The translations under genes were made by a program, and so were the position numbers. A stretch of DNA of 64,000 bases from a virus (taxonomy: Duplodnaviria; Heunggongvirae; Uroviricota; Caudoviricetes): the IMG/VR virus record IMGVR_UViG_3300020050_014748. The stretch is one strand, 5' to 3'. Below the pieces are notes generated by a model, which was given only the letters and a program-made list of their open reading frames with translations, was not told the origin of the DNA and searched no databases. Shown one piece after another: positions 26,177 to 35,835 of the stretch (the first letter of the stretch is position 1; each line of letters opens with the position of its first letter).

Positions 26177-27211
26177 ATGGCAAAGAAAAAAGAATTAGAA
26201 GATGTAAATAACCCAAACGAGCTTGTTGAAGATGTAATGGCTCGGATGCAAAAAAAATATGGAAACGACATGGTTATTGTCGATGAGGATCTTGATGTTT
26301 CAGAAGTAAAAGCAATACCAACTGGGAGTTTTGGACTAGATTCAGTTTTTGGCTGTGGAGGTATTCCACGGGGAAGAATGATAGAATTGTTTGGTCAGGA
26401 GTCTAGTGGAAAATCAACACTGTCTCATTATTTAATCGCGGAAGTTCAAAGACAAGGTGGAAGAGCTGCCCTTATTGATGCTGAATTCTCTTATGATCCA
26501 CGCTACACATCTTCTATTGGTGTTGATACATCAAAACTACTTGTTACACAACCATTACACTTAGAAGCTGCAATGGAAACACTCAGGGAGCTTGTTGATA
26601 CAAATGCATTTGATATCATTGTTGTAGATAGTGTTGCGGCTATGGCTCCAATGACAGAAATTGAAGGAGATTTTCTTAAGGATACAATGGGTCTTCAAGC
26701 AAGAAAGCTCGGTGCTGCTCTTAGAGTACTAACTGGTTCAATATCTCGATCTAAAACAATTGTAATATTCATAAACCAACTTAGAGAGAAGATTGGTGTT
26801 ATATATGGAAAAAAAGAAACCACTCCTGGAGGAAAGGCGTTGAAATTTTTTGCATCAGTAAGACTTGAGGTATCTAAGGGTGAAAAAATAGTTGATTCAG
26901 ACGATAAGCAGATAGGAAATTTCTTGAATATTACAGGGGTAAAAAATAAAGTCGGATTCCCTTTTATGAAAACATCAGTTGAATTATATTATGGTAAAGG
27001 ATTGGATTTACATGGCGATGCTTTGGATTATGGGGAGAAAATCGGGGTCATTAATAAGACAGGTACAACCTATTCATTTAATGATACGAAACTTGGAGTT
27101 GGACGCAATAATGCAAAAAACTTCCTTATTAAGAATGGAGATACTTACGAGGCCGTACTTAACGCAATTAAAGAAGAAATAAAATGTCAAAAAGAATCTC
27201 AAGTAAAGTAA
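26177..27211 (+). CDS. recA: RecA recombinase
   Basis: GSFGLDSVFGCGGIPRGRMIELFGQESSGKSTL (Walker A), IIVVDSVAAM, and conserved RecA blocks throughout. Confidence 0.85.
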   Translation: MAKKKELEDVNNPNELVEDVMARMQKKYGNDMVIVDEDLDVSEVKAIPTGSFGLDSVFGCGGIPRGRMIELFGQESSGKSTLSHYLIAEVQRQGGRAALIDAEFSYDPRYTSSIGVDTSKLLVTQPLHLEAAMETLRELVDTNAFDIIVVDSVAAMAPMTEIEGDFLKDTMGLQARKLGAALRVLTGSISRSKTIVIFINQLREKIGVIYGKKETTPGGKALKFFASVRLEVSKGEKIVDSDDKQIGNFLNITGVKNKVGFPFMKTSVELYYGKGLDLHGDALDYGEKIGVINKTGTTYSFNDTKLGVGRNNAKNFLIKNGDTYEAVLNAIKEEIKCQKESQVK

Positions 27212-27675
27212 AGGAAATCTACGATTACATAACAAGTAAAAATAAAGAATCCGTGCAAAATGGAAACAAACTATTACCTATCTGTTATGCAGTGATCTTA
27301 GATAAAAATAAAACTGTTTCAATAATGGACATACCGCTTTACAATTATGTAGCCGGGGAGGTTGATAGAATATTAAAAGAAACTGGGAAAGTATTAAAAC
27401 AAAACAAAGCAAATGTTAAGATGTTTATGTACACAACACAAGGTAATGTAACAAACAATAAAACAGGAGAATCAAGTGAATGTTTAATATTTTCAGCAAG
27501 AGATTGTTATAATAATAAATACTTTCAAATACTAGAGATACTACGGGGTGAAAAAATAGATTTTAAAAAAAAGATCTCACACTCACCAAAAGACTGGAAG
27601 GATGGGAAAAAGAAGAGTGATTTTAAAGATACCCTCCTTGACATAATATGGTTTGAGTATAAGAATGTTAGGTAG
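27184..27675 (+). CDS. hypothetical protein
   Basis: ORF overlapping the recA 3' end by 28 nt. Confidence 0.45.
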   Translation: MSKRISSKVKEIYDYITSKNKESVQNGNKLLPICYAVILDKNKTVSIMDIPLYNYVAGEVDRILKETGKVLKQNKANVKMFMYTTQGNVTNNKTGESSECLIFSARDCYNNKYFQILEILRGEKIDFKKKISHSPKDWKDGKKKSDFKDTLLDIIWFEYKNVR

Positions 27676-27678
27676 TAC

Positions 27679-27707
27679 TTGACTTCTTTAGTATGGGGGA
27701 GTATAAT
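27679..27707 (+). promoter_or_regulatory. promoter family copy placed for a leaderless mRNA
   Basis: TTGACTTCTTTAGTATGGGGGAGTATAAT; the ATG at 27714 lies 7 nt after the -10. Confidence 0.65.
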
Positions 27708-27713
27708 GTAAAT

Positions 27714-28154
27714 ATGATAAAGAACAAGGATAAGAAGAAAGATGTATATCATGCCGATCCGAGGAATGATATAGAAAAGTTTCTAGTGTCAAATTTACCC
27801 ATAATTCTTGATGCTCACGGAATCAATAAAATAAGTTTTTATATGGTGACGAAGAGTGATTGCGATGATGATACTGTGATGTTTTCAATTGTGTATAGTG
27901 ATACATATAAAACAGCATCAGTAACTATTCATACATTAGCACAAGAATTATTTAAGAGGGGGGAATTTGCAACAGTGTTAAATGGATTTGTTCATGAAAT
28001 AAGTCACATTTTAACAAATAAATTAGGTGAGTTAGCCCTAAACAGGCATTCAACCAAGAGGGAGATAAGAGATTCAGTAGAGGAGTTAACTGAAACAATA
28101 GCACAAATAGTAAGGGTATTATTATCAAAGACACACCCAAAAATATTTAATTAA
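27714..28154 (+). CDS. hypothetical protein (start adjusted to lie outside the promoter)
   Basis: MIKNKDKKKD...; the 27693 Met lies within the -10/-35 elements. Confidence 0.45.
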   Translation: MIKNKDKKKDVYHADPRNDIEKFLVSNLPIILDAHGINKISFYMVTKSDCDDDTVMFSIVYSDTYKTASVTIHTLAQELFKRGEFATVLNGFVHEISHILTNKLGELALNRHSTKREIRDSVEELTETIAQIVRVLLSKTHPKIFN

Positions 28155-28177
28155 TAACATAAAAACATAAAAACAAT

Positions 28178-28801
28178 ATGACAAATATATTTGAACAAGG
28201 AAAAGCAGTTATTGTAGAACCATTTTATTTTAAAGAAGTAGGTGATTCAATACAAGGAACATATGTAGGTAAGAGAACAGGAGAGAAGGATAATTTTGGA
28301 AATGAAGTAATTGTATATGAACTTAAAACAGAATCTGGTACAATCAAAAATGTATCATTCACTGTTTCAAAGAAAATAAACGATGATATGAATTACGTCA
28401 GATTCGGTCAGATCGTTGGATTCAAGTTTCTTAGTAGAGACAAGTTTATGAAGAATGGAAGAGAAACAGAGTTTAAGAACATTAAGGTTTTCGCAGACCC
28501 AAAGATTGTTGATCAGGACTGGCTTAATACACATGAAGGTGGAAGTAAAAATGATAGTGGTGTAGGTATGATCGAAACTGAAAAAATGATAGATCTCGAT
28601 GGTTTCGCAGCTGAACTCTCAAATGGAGTTGATATTACGTCACCAGATTTTCAACTTAAGAAAATAGCAGATCTTGCAAAAACAAAACTTGGAGTTTCTG
28701 ATCCACTCGTTGTTAAGGATAAAGTAATGGAAACAACAGGACTTGCATTTATACCAGCGAACTATTCAAGAATAATTGAATTGCTAGAAGATCCATTTTA
28801 G
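28178..28801 (+). CDS. possible single-stranded DNA-binding protein (SSB-like acidic C-terminal tip ...ELLEDPF)
   Basis: The C-terminus resembles the bacterial SSB tail (DDDIPF). Sits in the recombination module next to recA and sbcD. Fold not verified. Confidence 0.3.
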   Translation: MTNIFEQGKAVIVEPFYFKEVGDSIQGTYVGKRTGEKDNFGNEVIVYELKTESGTIKNVSFTVSKKINDDMNYVRFGQIVGFKFLSRDKFMKNGRETEFKNIKVFADPKIVDQDWLNTHEGGSKNDSGVGMIETEKMIDLDGFAAELSNGVDITSPDFQLKKIADLAKTKLGVSDPLVVKDKVMETTGLAFIPANYSRIIELLEDPF

Positions 28802-28810
28802 TAGTATAAT
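28781..28810 (+). promoter_or_regulatory. possible promoter TTGCTA-N18-TATAAT upstream of the sbcD-like gene
   Basis: Sequence match only. Confidence 0.3.
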
Positions 28811-28855
28811 TAAAAGACATAATAAAATCTATGGGAAAAAGGGTAATAAAATAAT

Positions 28856-29890
28856 ATGATAACTAAGAATAAAATTGGAATTTTGGGAGATATGCATTTT
28901 AAGGACTTACTAAGTTATCATGAGTATGTTAAAGACCAAAGAATTCCAGAGAGAAAAGAAATACTAGATTTTATCGTATCTTCTTTTTATGACTGTGATA
29001 CTGTGATTTTCATGGGTGATAACTTTGATCGAAAAAATAATTCATCAGAAGTTATAAAAGACTTTGTGCAATTTGTAGAAAGGTTTAATGATAAGAATAT
29101 ATATATTCTAGCAGGGAATCATGAAAAAAAAGGAGATGGTAAATCAGCAATAGATTTCATGAGAGAGATCAATAAACCTAATTGGACAATAATAACAACA
29201 CCCCAAGTTGGCACAATCGGTAAAGATGATGTATATTTTCTACCATATATGTCACGTCCAGAATTAGGAGTATTAAATGATACAGATGGGTGTAAAGCAA
29301 TACTAGATAAAATGATTGGTGGTAAATACTTATTTGCACACCACGCCATATCTGATACATTCTCAAATGGCAATGTGTCAACTAATACATTCCATGAGGT
29401 GATCCTTCCAAAGAAAGAGCTCGAAGATAAGTTTGATATTGTTATGGCTGGGCATATACACAAACCACAGCAAGATGGTAAAACTATTATATCTGGGAGT
29501 GTTTTCACAAATGAGGCCGGTGAAACAGAGAAGTTTATATGGAAAATAGACACGTCAAATAATACTGTTGAAAAAATAAAACTTCCAGGAAGAGGAATCT
29601 ATAAGTTAGAGAATCCTACAATCGAGAAATTAAGTGAAATACCGTTAAATTCTATCGTTAAGGTAATTATCACATCCAAAGATATAAAAGCAGAAGAAAT
29701 AAAAGAGTACATTAAAAGATTTGATACATTTATATTTTTAGAAAAATACCCCAACGAAAGAAAGAAGTTACATTTTGATGAGGGTGCAATAGATTTTTCT
29801 ATCAACAGTCTACTTAATATGTATAGTGCTGAAAAGGGTATTCCACTAGATAAATTAACAAGAGGTATGGAATTAATTCTTGATAAATAA
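28856..29890 (+). CDS. sbcD: SbcD/Mre11-like nuclease (metallophosphoesterase)
   Basis: GDMHF, FMGDNFDR, AGNHEKK and AGHIHKP motifs. Confidence 0.7.
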   Translation: MITKNKIGILGDMHFKDLLSYHEYVKDQRIPERKEILDFIVSSFYDCDTVIFMGDNFDRKNNSSEVIKDFVQFVERFNDKNIYILAGNHEKKGDGKSAIDFMREINKPNWTIITTPQVGTIGKDDVYFLPYMSRPELGVLNDTDGCKAILDKMIGGKYLFAHHAISDTFSNGNVSTNTFHEVILPKKELEDKFDIVMAGHIHKPQQDGKTIISGSVFTNEAGETEKFIWKIDTSNNTVEKIKLPGRGIYKLENPTIEKLSEIPLNSIVKVIITSKDIKAEEIKEYIKRFDTFIFLEKYPNERKKLHFDEGAIDFSINSLLNMYSAEKGIPLDKLTRGMELILDK

Positions 29891-30257
29891 TATGAACACA
29901 GAATTAACAGAGGAAGATATTGCATATATGGATATCGCTAATAATCAATCTGAATTCTTTGATCATCTTATGATGGAATCAGATAAGTTAAATAATTTAA
30001 TCAACAGTGGTTATTTTTCAGAAGAAGCAGATGGTGAAGAAGGTACAGCCTTATTAAATCTATCTAATCGGTTTAAGAAAGAAGATTTAGCTCGTGAATA
30101 TAAACGATTTAAAGCACATAGAGTGATATACTCAATAATGAGCAATCTAGAGAAGAATGGTTTTATATCAATACATAAACCAGTTAAGGGTAAGGATTTC
30201 AGAAGTGAAGCTTTAACACTATATAATAATTATAAAAAAAGACTTAATAATGAGTAA
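29880..30257 (+). CDS. hypothetical protein
   Basis: ORF. Confidence 0.4.
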   Translation: MINNMNTELTEEDIAYMDIANNQSEFFDHLMMESDKLNNLINSGYFSEEADGEEGTALLNLSNRFKKEDLAREYKRFKAHRVIYSIMSNLEKNGFISIHKPVKGKDFRSEALTLYNNYKKRLNNE

Positions 30258-30786
30258 ATCAATTGTTTCAATGGGGATAGATCTTTCTTTGACAGGCACC
30301 GGAGTTGTCTTATTAAAGAACGGTAAGGTTATTTTAGAGAAGTTAATTAAGTCAAAACCATCAGGAGATAAGCCCATTGACGAGTTGATAAGGATAGAAA
30401 ATATTGTTAAAGAAATATATACATGTATGAATGGTTTCTCTGTTGATATTGCTGTGATAGAGAACCTCGCTTTTGGGGTTAGGAATGCTACATCGCTTAC
30501 ACAATTAGCCGGTCTAAATTACTTCACTCGATCAATGCTTTATGCAGAAAAAATACCTTTTGTTCTAGTTGCACCAACTAGTTTGAAGAAATTTATTACT
30601 GGTAGTGGTGCTTCAAAGAAGGATGTTATGTTGATGGAGGTTTACAAAAAATACAATGTTGCTTTTGTAGATGATAACATAGCTGATGCATTCTCTTTGT
30701 CAAAAATAGGTGAATGTTTATTGTTTAATCACAAGTTAAATACCACAGAAAAAGAGGTTATAAATCTAATTAAAAAACAATTATGA
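30250..30786 (+). CDS. RuvC-like Holliday junction resolvase
   Basis: MGIDLSLTGTGVVLL (RuvC motif GIDPG.TG.G) and an acidic IENLAF segment. Confidence 0.55.
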   Translation: MSKSIVSMGIDLSLTGTGVVLLKNGKVILEKLIKSKPSGDKPIDELIRIENIVKEIYTCMNGFSVDIAVIENLAFGVRNATSLTQLAGLNYFTRSMLYAEKIPFVLVAPTSLKKFITGSGASKKDVMLMEVYKKYNVAFVDDNIADAFSLSKIGECLLFNHKLNTTEKEVINLIKKQL

Positions 30787-31058
30787 GTCATGAAAAGGTA
30801 AAAAATAATGATCATCTCTTGATAAAATATATCTTAACACCAGAACAAATAGTTGCACTCTGTGAAGCTCATAAAAAAATCATAGAAACAGGTCTTATAA
30901 AATTAGGGTTTGAATATAAGGAACATGAAAGTTATATTGAATCATCTGAAAAAACATTTAATTCATTAATAAGAGAAACACAAAGAATTCTCGCAGAGAA
31001 AGGAGTTAAGGAACAAATAAGGTTAGAGATTAAAAGAGATACTAAAAATACAAAATAA
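30783..31058 (+). CDS. hypothetical protein
   Basis: ORF. Confidence 0.4.
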   Translation: MSHEKVKNNDHLLIKYILTPEQIVALCEAHKKIIETGLIKLGFEYKEHESYIESSEKTFNSLIRETQRILAEKGVKEQIRLEIKRDTKNTK

Positions 31059-31327
31059 TGACAAATATAATAAAAACAATCGTGCCTACTGTGTGTCCAT
31101 GTTGTAAAGGGGATATATTGGTTGAGTTTACAAATAATTCTCCAGAGATATCATCTGTTTTTACACTTGAGGACGCAAGAACAGCAAAAGATGATGCAAT
31201 ATCAAGAGTTGGATTTTTATCTATTGATGAGGATAAAAAGAATCAAGTTATAAAGTGGATAAATGATGAGAATACAGTGTTTGGTCCATCTGAGGTATCA
31301 GAAATAATCAATAGTTTATTAAAGTAA
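31058..31327 (+). CDS. hypothetical protein
   Basis: ORF. Confidence 0.4.
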   Translation: MTNIIKTIVPTVCPCCKGDILVEFTNNSPEISSVFTLEDARTAKDDAISRVGFLSIDEDKKNQVIKWINDENTVFGPSEVSEIINSLLK

Positions 31328-31332
31328 TAAAA

Positions 31333-31962
31333 ATGAGACATATAGATTTAGTAGGACAAAGATTTAATAAACTGACTGTTTTGAGTAAGACCCATATTAA
31401 AAAGGGTCACTTCCTGTGGTTTTGTAAGTGTGATTGCGGTAAAGAAACATATGTCCATCCCAGTAATTTAAAGAATAACCATACAAAATCCTGTGGATGT
31501 TACAGAAAAGCATGGGCTACTGTTAGTGGAAAACATTTTAAAAAACATGGACTATATAAAGATCCCATATATCAATCATGGAAGGGTATTTTTTCTAGAT
31601 TAAAAAAAGCAAAAAGTCAGAAGAAATATCATCATTACCTAGAGGGAAAAATTAAAATTTGTAAGAGATGGCATAAATTAGAAAATTTCATAGAAGATAT
31701 GAGTAAAACCTGGTTCCATGGAGCACAGATTGACCGAATAAATAATGACGATGATTACAAGCCATCAAACTGTAGATGGGCGACTAGGAAACAACAAATG
31801 AACAATACTAATCATAATGTAATTTTAACTTTTAAAAATAAGACACAAAATGCTACCCAGTGGGGAGAAGAACTAGGAATGAGTCCAGAATTGATTAGGA
31901 ACAGAGTCAGAAAAGGATGGTCAGTCAAAAGATCACTTACCCCATTACAAAGAAATAAATGA
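31333..31962 (+). CDS. HNH homing endonuclease-like (HNH_3 type) with zinc finger
   Basis: CKCDCG...CGCYRK motifs; IDRINNDDDYKPSNCRWATRKQQ is typical of HNH_3. Confidence 0.5.
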   Translation: MRHIDLVGQRFNKLTVLSKTHIKKGHFLWFCKCDCGKETYVHPSNLKNNHTKSCGCYRKAWATVSGKHFKKHGLYKDPIYQSWKGIFSRLKKAKSQKKYHHYLEGKIKICKRWHKLENFIEDMSKTWFHGAQIDRINNDDDYKPSNCRWATRKQQMNNTNHNVILTFKNKTQNATQWGEELGMSPELIRNRVRKGWSVKRSLTPLQRNK

Positions 31963-34070
31963 TATTACTAAAAAATCTAAAACTTAATAATTTTCTTTCG
32001 CACGAAGATACAGATATTGTGTTTAATAAAAACACAAAACTACTTATTGACGGCAAATCAGGTACTGGGAAGAGCTCTATAATTGATGCCATAATATGGT
32101 GTCTTTATGGCGTTTCTAGGACTGATAACAAGAGCATTATAAAACACGGAGAAAGTAAAACTACTGTTTCTTTAGAGTTGGTAGAAAGCAATCTTAATAT
32201 ATCTTATTTAATAACAAGATCAACAACAGATAAGGCCAAGAATACACTTGAAATAAGTGAGACAACAGATGACGGCATTGTTCCAATAAGTAGAAATGGT
32301 TTAAAAGATAAGCAGGATTGGATTGAAAAAGAATTACTACGTTGTTCTTATACTCTTTTTGTTAACTCTATCGCGTACCCACAAAATAACGTTGACAACT
32401 TTGTTTATCAGAATGCTCCACGAAGAAAAGATTTACTTCTTGAAATAGCTAATATTAGTGATTTTGATTTATATTACGCAAGAGCTCGCGATCTACTACA
32501 GTTAAAGAATGAAGAAAAAATAAGATTAGAATCACTACTATCAATCAATACAAGATCTATAGATGAAAAAAAACTCTTGGTCGTAGATATAAGTGAACTA
32601 AAGACAGAGTTGGATAGTATTAATTTTGAACTAACAAAAGAGGGTTCAAACTTGGAGTTGCTTATTTCTGAGAAGTCAAAAATAGGTGATTTTATGCCAC
32701 AGATTAACGGTATAAAAATAAATATACATGAAAAAGAAAAAGATGTATCTTTATTAAAAACAAATATTGAATCAAAGAGAAGAAATATTGAAATCTGTGA
32801 GGCGATAGATATTGAATCATTAAAAGAAAAGACAAAGGATTATGAAATTCTTAAGAATAGAAAGAACGAATTAGAATTAGCATATTCCCAGGAAGTTGAA
32901 AGAACAAATAGACTTCTTGCTCTTATGTCAAATAAACCGACAGAAAGAGATTATGATTCAGAGATATCTCAACTCAACCAGAGATTAATACCACTCATTA
33001 AGGAAACTGGTAGTTGCCCGGCGGGTGATAACTGTCCATTTGTTCTACCAATAAAGAGCCAGATTAGTTACCTTGAGGAGCAGATAAAAGAAAAAACAGA
33101 ACTTAAAGGGAAGCTAGATCAAGAAAAAAATGAATATACAAAAAGAGTATCAGAAATAGGTTTGTCTGCTTTCTCTGATGAAAATAAAGTTGAATTACAG
33201 TCAGTTAAAACACAAGTGTCTTCATGTGAAGAAGCGATATCAAAATTGGCTATTGCTCAAGCACAAATAGACACACTGCCAGTTCTACGATCTGAATTAT
33301 CTGAACTCGAAACAAGGTTATTTAAGTTAAATGATGAAATTAGTGTATTAAAAATAGAATTACTACAAAAGGAAGAAGCTCAAAGGGGTATTGACACAAC
33401 TGCATTTACTATAAGAGAAAGAGATATACGCTCTAGAATTAATGATCTATCTGTAAAGGCAAGTATATTAAAACACAAAATGTCTGTATCTGATGATGCA
33501 AGTAAAAGTATCGACAAGTTAACAGAAGAAAACAGTAAAATCATTAGTGATGTTGAAAATGTAAATAAAACAATAGATGATCTTTCTTCTATTAAGGAAG
33601 CATTCGGCTCAAAGGGTCTTAAGACAGTTGTTATAGATTACCTCATACCGAGACTTGAAGAAAAGATTAATGAAGTACTATCATCTCTCTCTGATTTTAG
33701 AATTACACTAGATACACAAAAAACAGGTTCAGATGGTGAAAGTATTATTGAAGGTTTGTTTATAAACATATACAATGAGAACGGTGAAAAACTTGATTTC
33801 GCTTCATATAGTGGGGGTGAGAAAATTAAGATAAGTATGGCGATATCCGAAGCACTTGCTTCACTCTCTAATAAGATAGGATTTAGATTATTAGATGAAG
33901 CAATAAACTCACTTGATAATGAAAGTACACAAGATTTTATAACTGTTCTGTTGAAACTTCAAGATAATTTCCCTCAGATGGTGTCAATATCACACATACC
34001 TGAGATTAAAGATATTTTTGAGGATAAGATACAAATTATTAAAAACCGTGGTGTAAGTAGAATTATATAA
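31959..34070 (+). CDS. sbcC: SbcC/Rad50-like ATPase
   Basis: N-terminal Walker A LIDGKSGTGKSS, long coiled coils, C-terminal signature SGGEKIKISMAISEALA and Walker B RLLDEA. Confidence 0.75.
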   Translation: MILLKNLKLNNFLSHEDTDIVFNKNTKLLIDGKSGTGKSSIIDAIIWCLYGVSRTDNKSIIKHGESKTTVSLELVESNLNISYLITRSTTDKAKNTLEISETTDDGIVPISRNGLKDKQDWIEKELLRCSYTLFVNSIAYPQNNVDNFVYQNAPRRKDLLLEIANISDFDLYYARARDLLQLKNEEKIRLESLLSINTRSIDEKKLLVVDISELKTELDSINFELTKEGSNLELLISEKSKIGDFMPQINGIKINIHEKEKDVSLLKTNIESKRRNIEICEAIDIESLKEKTKDYEILKNRKNELELAYSQEVERTNRLLALMSNKPTERDYDSEISQLNQRLIPLIKETGSCPAGDNCPFVLPIKSQISYLEEQIKEKTELKGKLDQEKNEYTKRVSEIGLSAFSDENKVELQSVKTQVSSCEEAISKLAIAQAQIDTLPVLRSELSELETRLFKLNDEISVLKIELLQKEEAQRGIDTTAFTIRERDIRSRINDLSVKASILKHKMSVSDDASKSIDKLTEENSKIISDVENVNKTIDDLSSIKEAFGSKGLKTVVIDYLIPRLEEKINEVLSSLSDFRITLDTQKTGSDGESIIEGLFINIYNENGEKLDFASYSGGEKIKISMAISEALASLSNKIGFRLLDEAINSLDNESTQDFITVLLKLQDNFPQMVSISHIPEIKDIFEDKIQIIKNRGVSRII

Positions 34071-34086
34071 TATTAAATTTATAAAT

Positions 34087-34656
34087 ATGGATGAATCAAA
34101 AAAAGAAGAAATTGTTAGTGTTGAACCGGAAAGTGAAGTAAAAGAAAATACTATTGATCAGAAAAACGCAGAAGATAAGAAGGATGAGCCGATAGATTTT
34201 CTTCTTAGAATTGTCCCTGAACACAGAAAGGTGAGTAGGGAAGTTACAGAGGGTGATATTGAAAGAGTGATAGAAGAAGCAAAAGTACTTTTTAATATCT
34301 GTTATTCTCAGAATGGTCCGTATAATGGTGCACTTGCGATGGCCCATCCACAAATAGACGATAAGGATCCACTTAGATTTTTTGTAACTGCAAGTGCTGA
34401 ATTAATAATAAATCCAGTTATTGTGAGACGAACAAAAACTACAATAGATTCAGTTGAGGGTTGCTATACATACCCAAGCTTACCACCACTTAAGACCGTC
34501 CAAAGATCAAATAAGATTGAGGTTGAATATCAAACAATAGAAGAAGACGGGAAACTATCAAGGGTGTCATACAAGGGGGTAAGTGGGAAGGAAGCAAAAG
34601 TTTGGCAACACGAAATTGGGCATTTGGATGCAGTTTATATATACGATAATAATTAA
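34087..34656 (+). CDS. hypothetical protein
   Basis: ORF. Confidence 0.45.
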   Translation: MDESKKEEIVSVEPESEVKENTIDQKNAEDKKDEPIDFLLRIVPEHRKVSREVTEGDIERVIEEAKVLFNICYSQNGPYNGALAMAHPQIDDKDPLRFFVTASAELIINPVIVRRTKTTIDSVEGCYTYPSLPPLKTVQRSNKIEVEYQTIEEDGKLSRVSYKGVSGKEAKVWQHEIGHLDAVYIYDNN

Positions 34657-34674
34657 TATTAATAATACAAAAAT

Positions 34675-35217
34675 ATGTTTAGAAGAATATTTAAAATGAG
34701 TAATAAAGTAGAGAATCATGTAATCAAAGGGGATGCAAGTGGTAATATTGTTGATGATAATAGTGTATTAGATCCTATTTGGGACGATACAAACAAAGAA
34801 ACAAAACCAATACATATGAGTGTTACATTAAATAGAATGGATAGTATGTATAATGACATAAATGATTTCAATGGAAGTATGTCACTTTTATCTTTATATG
34901 CAAATGAAACAATCCTAGTTGAACCATCACGTAAGTTTAATGTTAACTCGTGGATTTCAGTAAAATTACCAGAAGGTGTTATGTGTCTTATAAAAGAAAC
35001 ACCTGAGATGCTCAAAGAGGGTTTCCATGTATTAGGTGGCTTACTGGATGAGACACACAATGGTGATATTGATGTAACATTGATTAATTCTTCAGATAAA
35101 GCAAAAATGATAGCAGAGGGTGATAAAATTGGTCAACTATTTTTCATCCCAACTCTTACTGTTGATTTCAATAAAACAGAATTACAAGAAAAAGAAGAAA
35201 TTAAAATAGTTGATTAA
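34675..35217 (+). CDS. dUTPase/dCTP-deaminase-like protein
   Basis: GGLLDETHNGDIDVTLIN resembles dUTPase motif 3 (G.IDxxYRG...N); other motifs not seen. Confidence 0.35.
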   Translation: MFRRIFKMSNKVENHVIKGDASGNIVDDNSVLDPIWDDTNKETKPIHMSVTLNRMDSMYNDINDFNGSMSLLSLYANETILVEPSRKFNVNSWISVKLPEGVMCLIKETPEMLKEGFHVLGGLLDETHNGDIDVTLINSSDKAKMIAEGDKIGQLFFIPTLTVDFNKTELQEKEEIKIVD

Positions 35218-35220
35218 AAT

Positions 35221-35835
35221 ATGAAAGAAATTAAAGCACATGATTTTCCAAGTGTATACAAAGACCTTAATATAGATTTGTCTAAATTGGGTTGTGTGAT
35301 GCTTGACGTTGACCCAATTTATAATAATACAGATGTTGATGATGAGGAATATTCAAGGTTTTATTATGTTGAGCCTAAATATTTGTATTACGCAAAAAAT
35401 AAAGATAAATTTTGGATAAATGGATGGGTAGCAGAAGAGACACCCCACATGACACTTCTTTATGGTTTAATGAAGGAAGCAGAAGAATACAAAGATCAAA
35501 TAAGAGAACTTCTAAAAGACTGGAATTGTAAATCTGTTCAAATAGAAGACATTGATTCATTTGATTCCCCTTATGAAGATGAAGAGTATTATTGTATTGT
35601 TGCGAAACTTAAACTTACTGATAATATAATTGAGGGTCATAACAGGATGCAGTTACTCCCACACATTGACACATATTCAGAATATAAACCACATGTTACA
35701 ATATGTTATATACAGAAAAATGACAAACTAAGAGATGAGATAATTAAGGATTTAAAGGAGACATTAGTGGGAAGAAGATTGTATATTACCAATATTAATT
35801 TAGGTGGAAATAAAAATGAGAAACGAACAACCTAG
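35221..35835 (+). CDS. 2H phosphoesterase superfamily protein (LigT / cyclic phosphodiesterase / Acb1-like)
   Basis: Two H-x-T-x motifs about 80 aa apart: ETPHMTLLYGL and YKPHVTICYIQ. Confidence 0.55.
   Translation: MKEIKAHDFPSVYKDLNIDLSKLGCVMLDVDPIYNNTDVDDEEYSRFYYVEPKYLYYAKNKDKFWINGWVAEETPHMTLLYGLMKEAEEYKDQIRELLKDWNCKSVQIEDIDSFDSPYEDEEYYCIVAKLKLTDNIIEGHNRMQLLPHIDTYSEYKPHVTICYIQKNDKLRDEIIKDLKETLVGRRLYITNINLGGNKNEKRTT

Noticed and set aside
9644-27707. CRISPR array or dispersed mobile-element repeat as the explanation for the recurring 30-mer
   Set aside because: Copies are kilobases apart, occur on both strands always oriented toward the downstream gene, and match TTGACT-N17-TATAAT exactly. 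This is promoter behaviour, not that of a CRISPR repeat or MITE. No cas genes are present.
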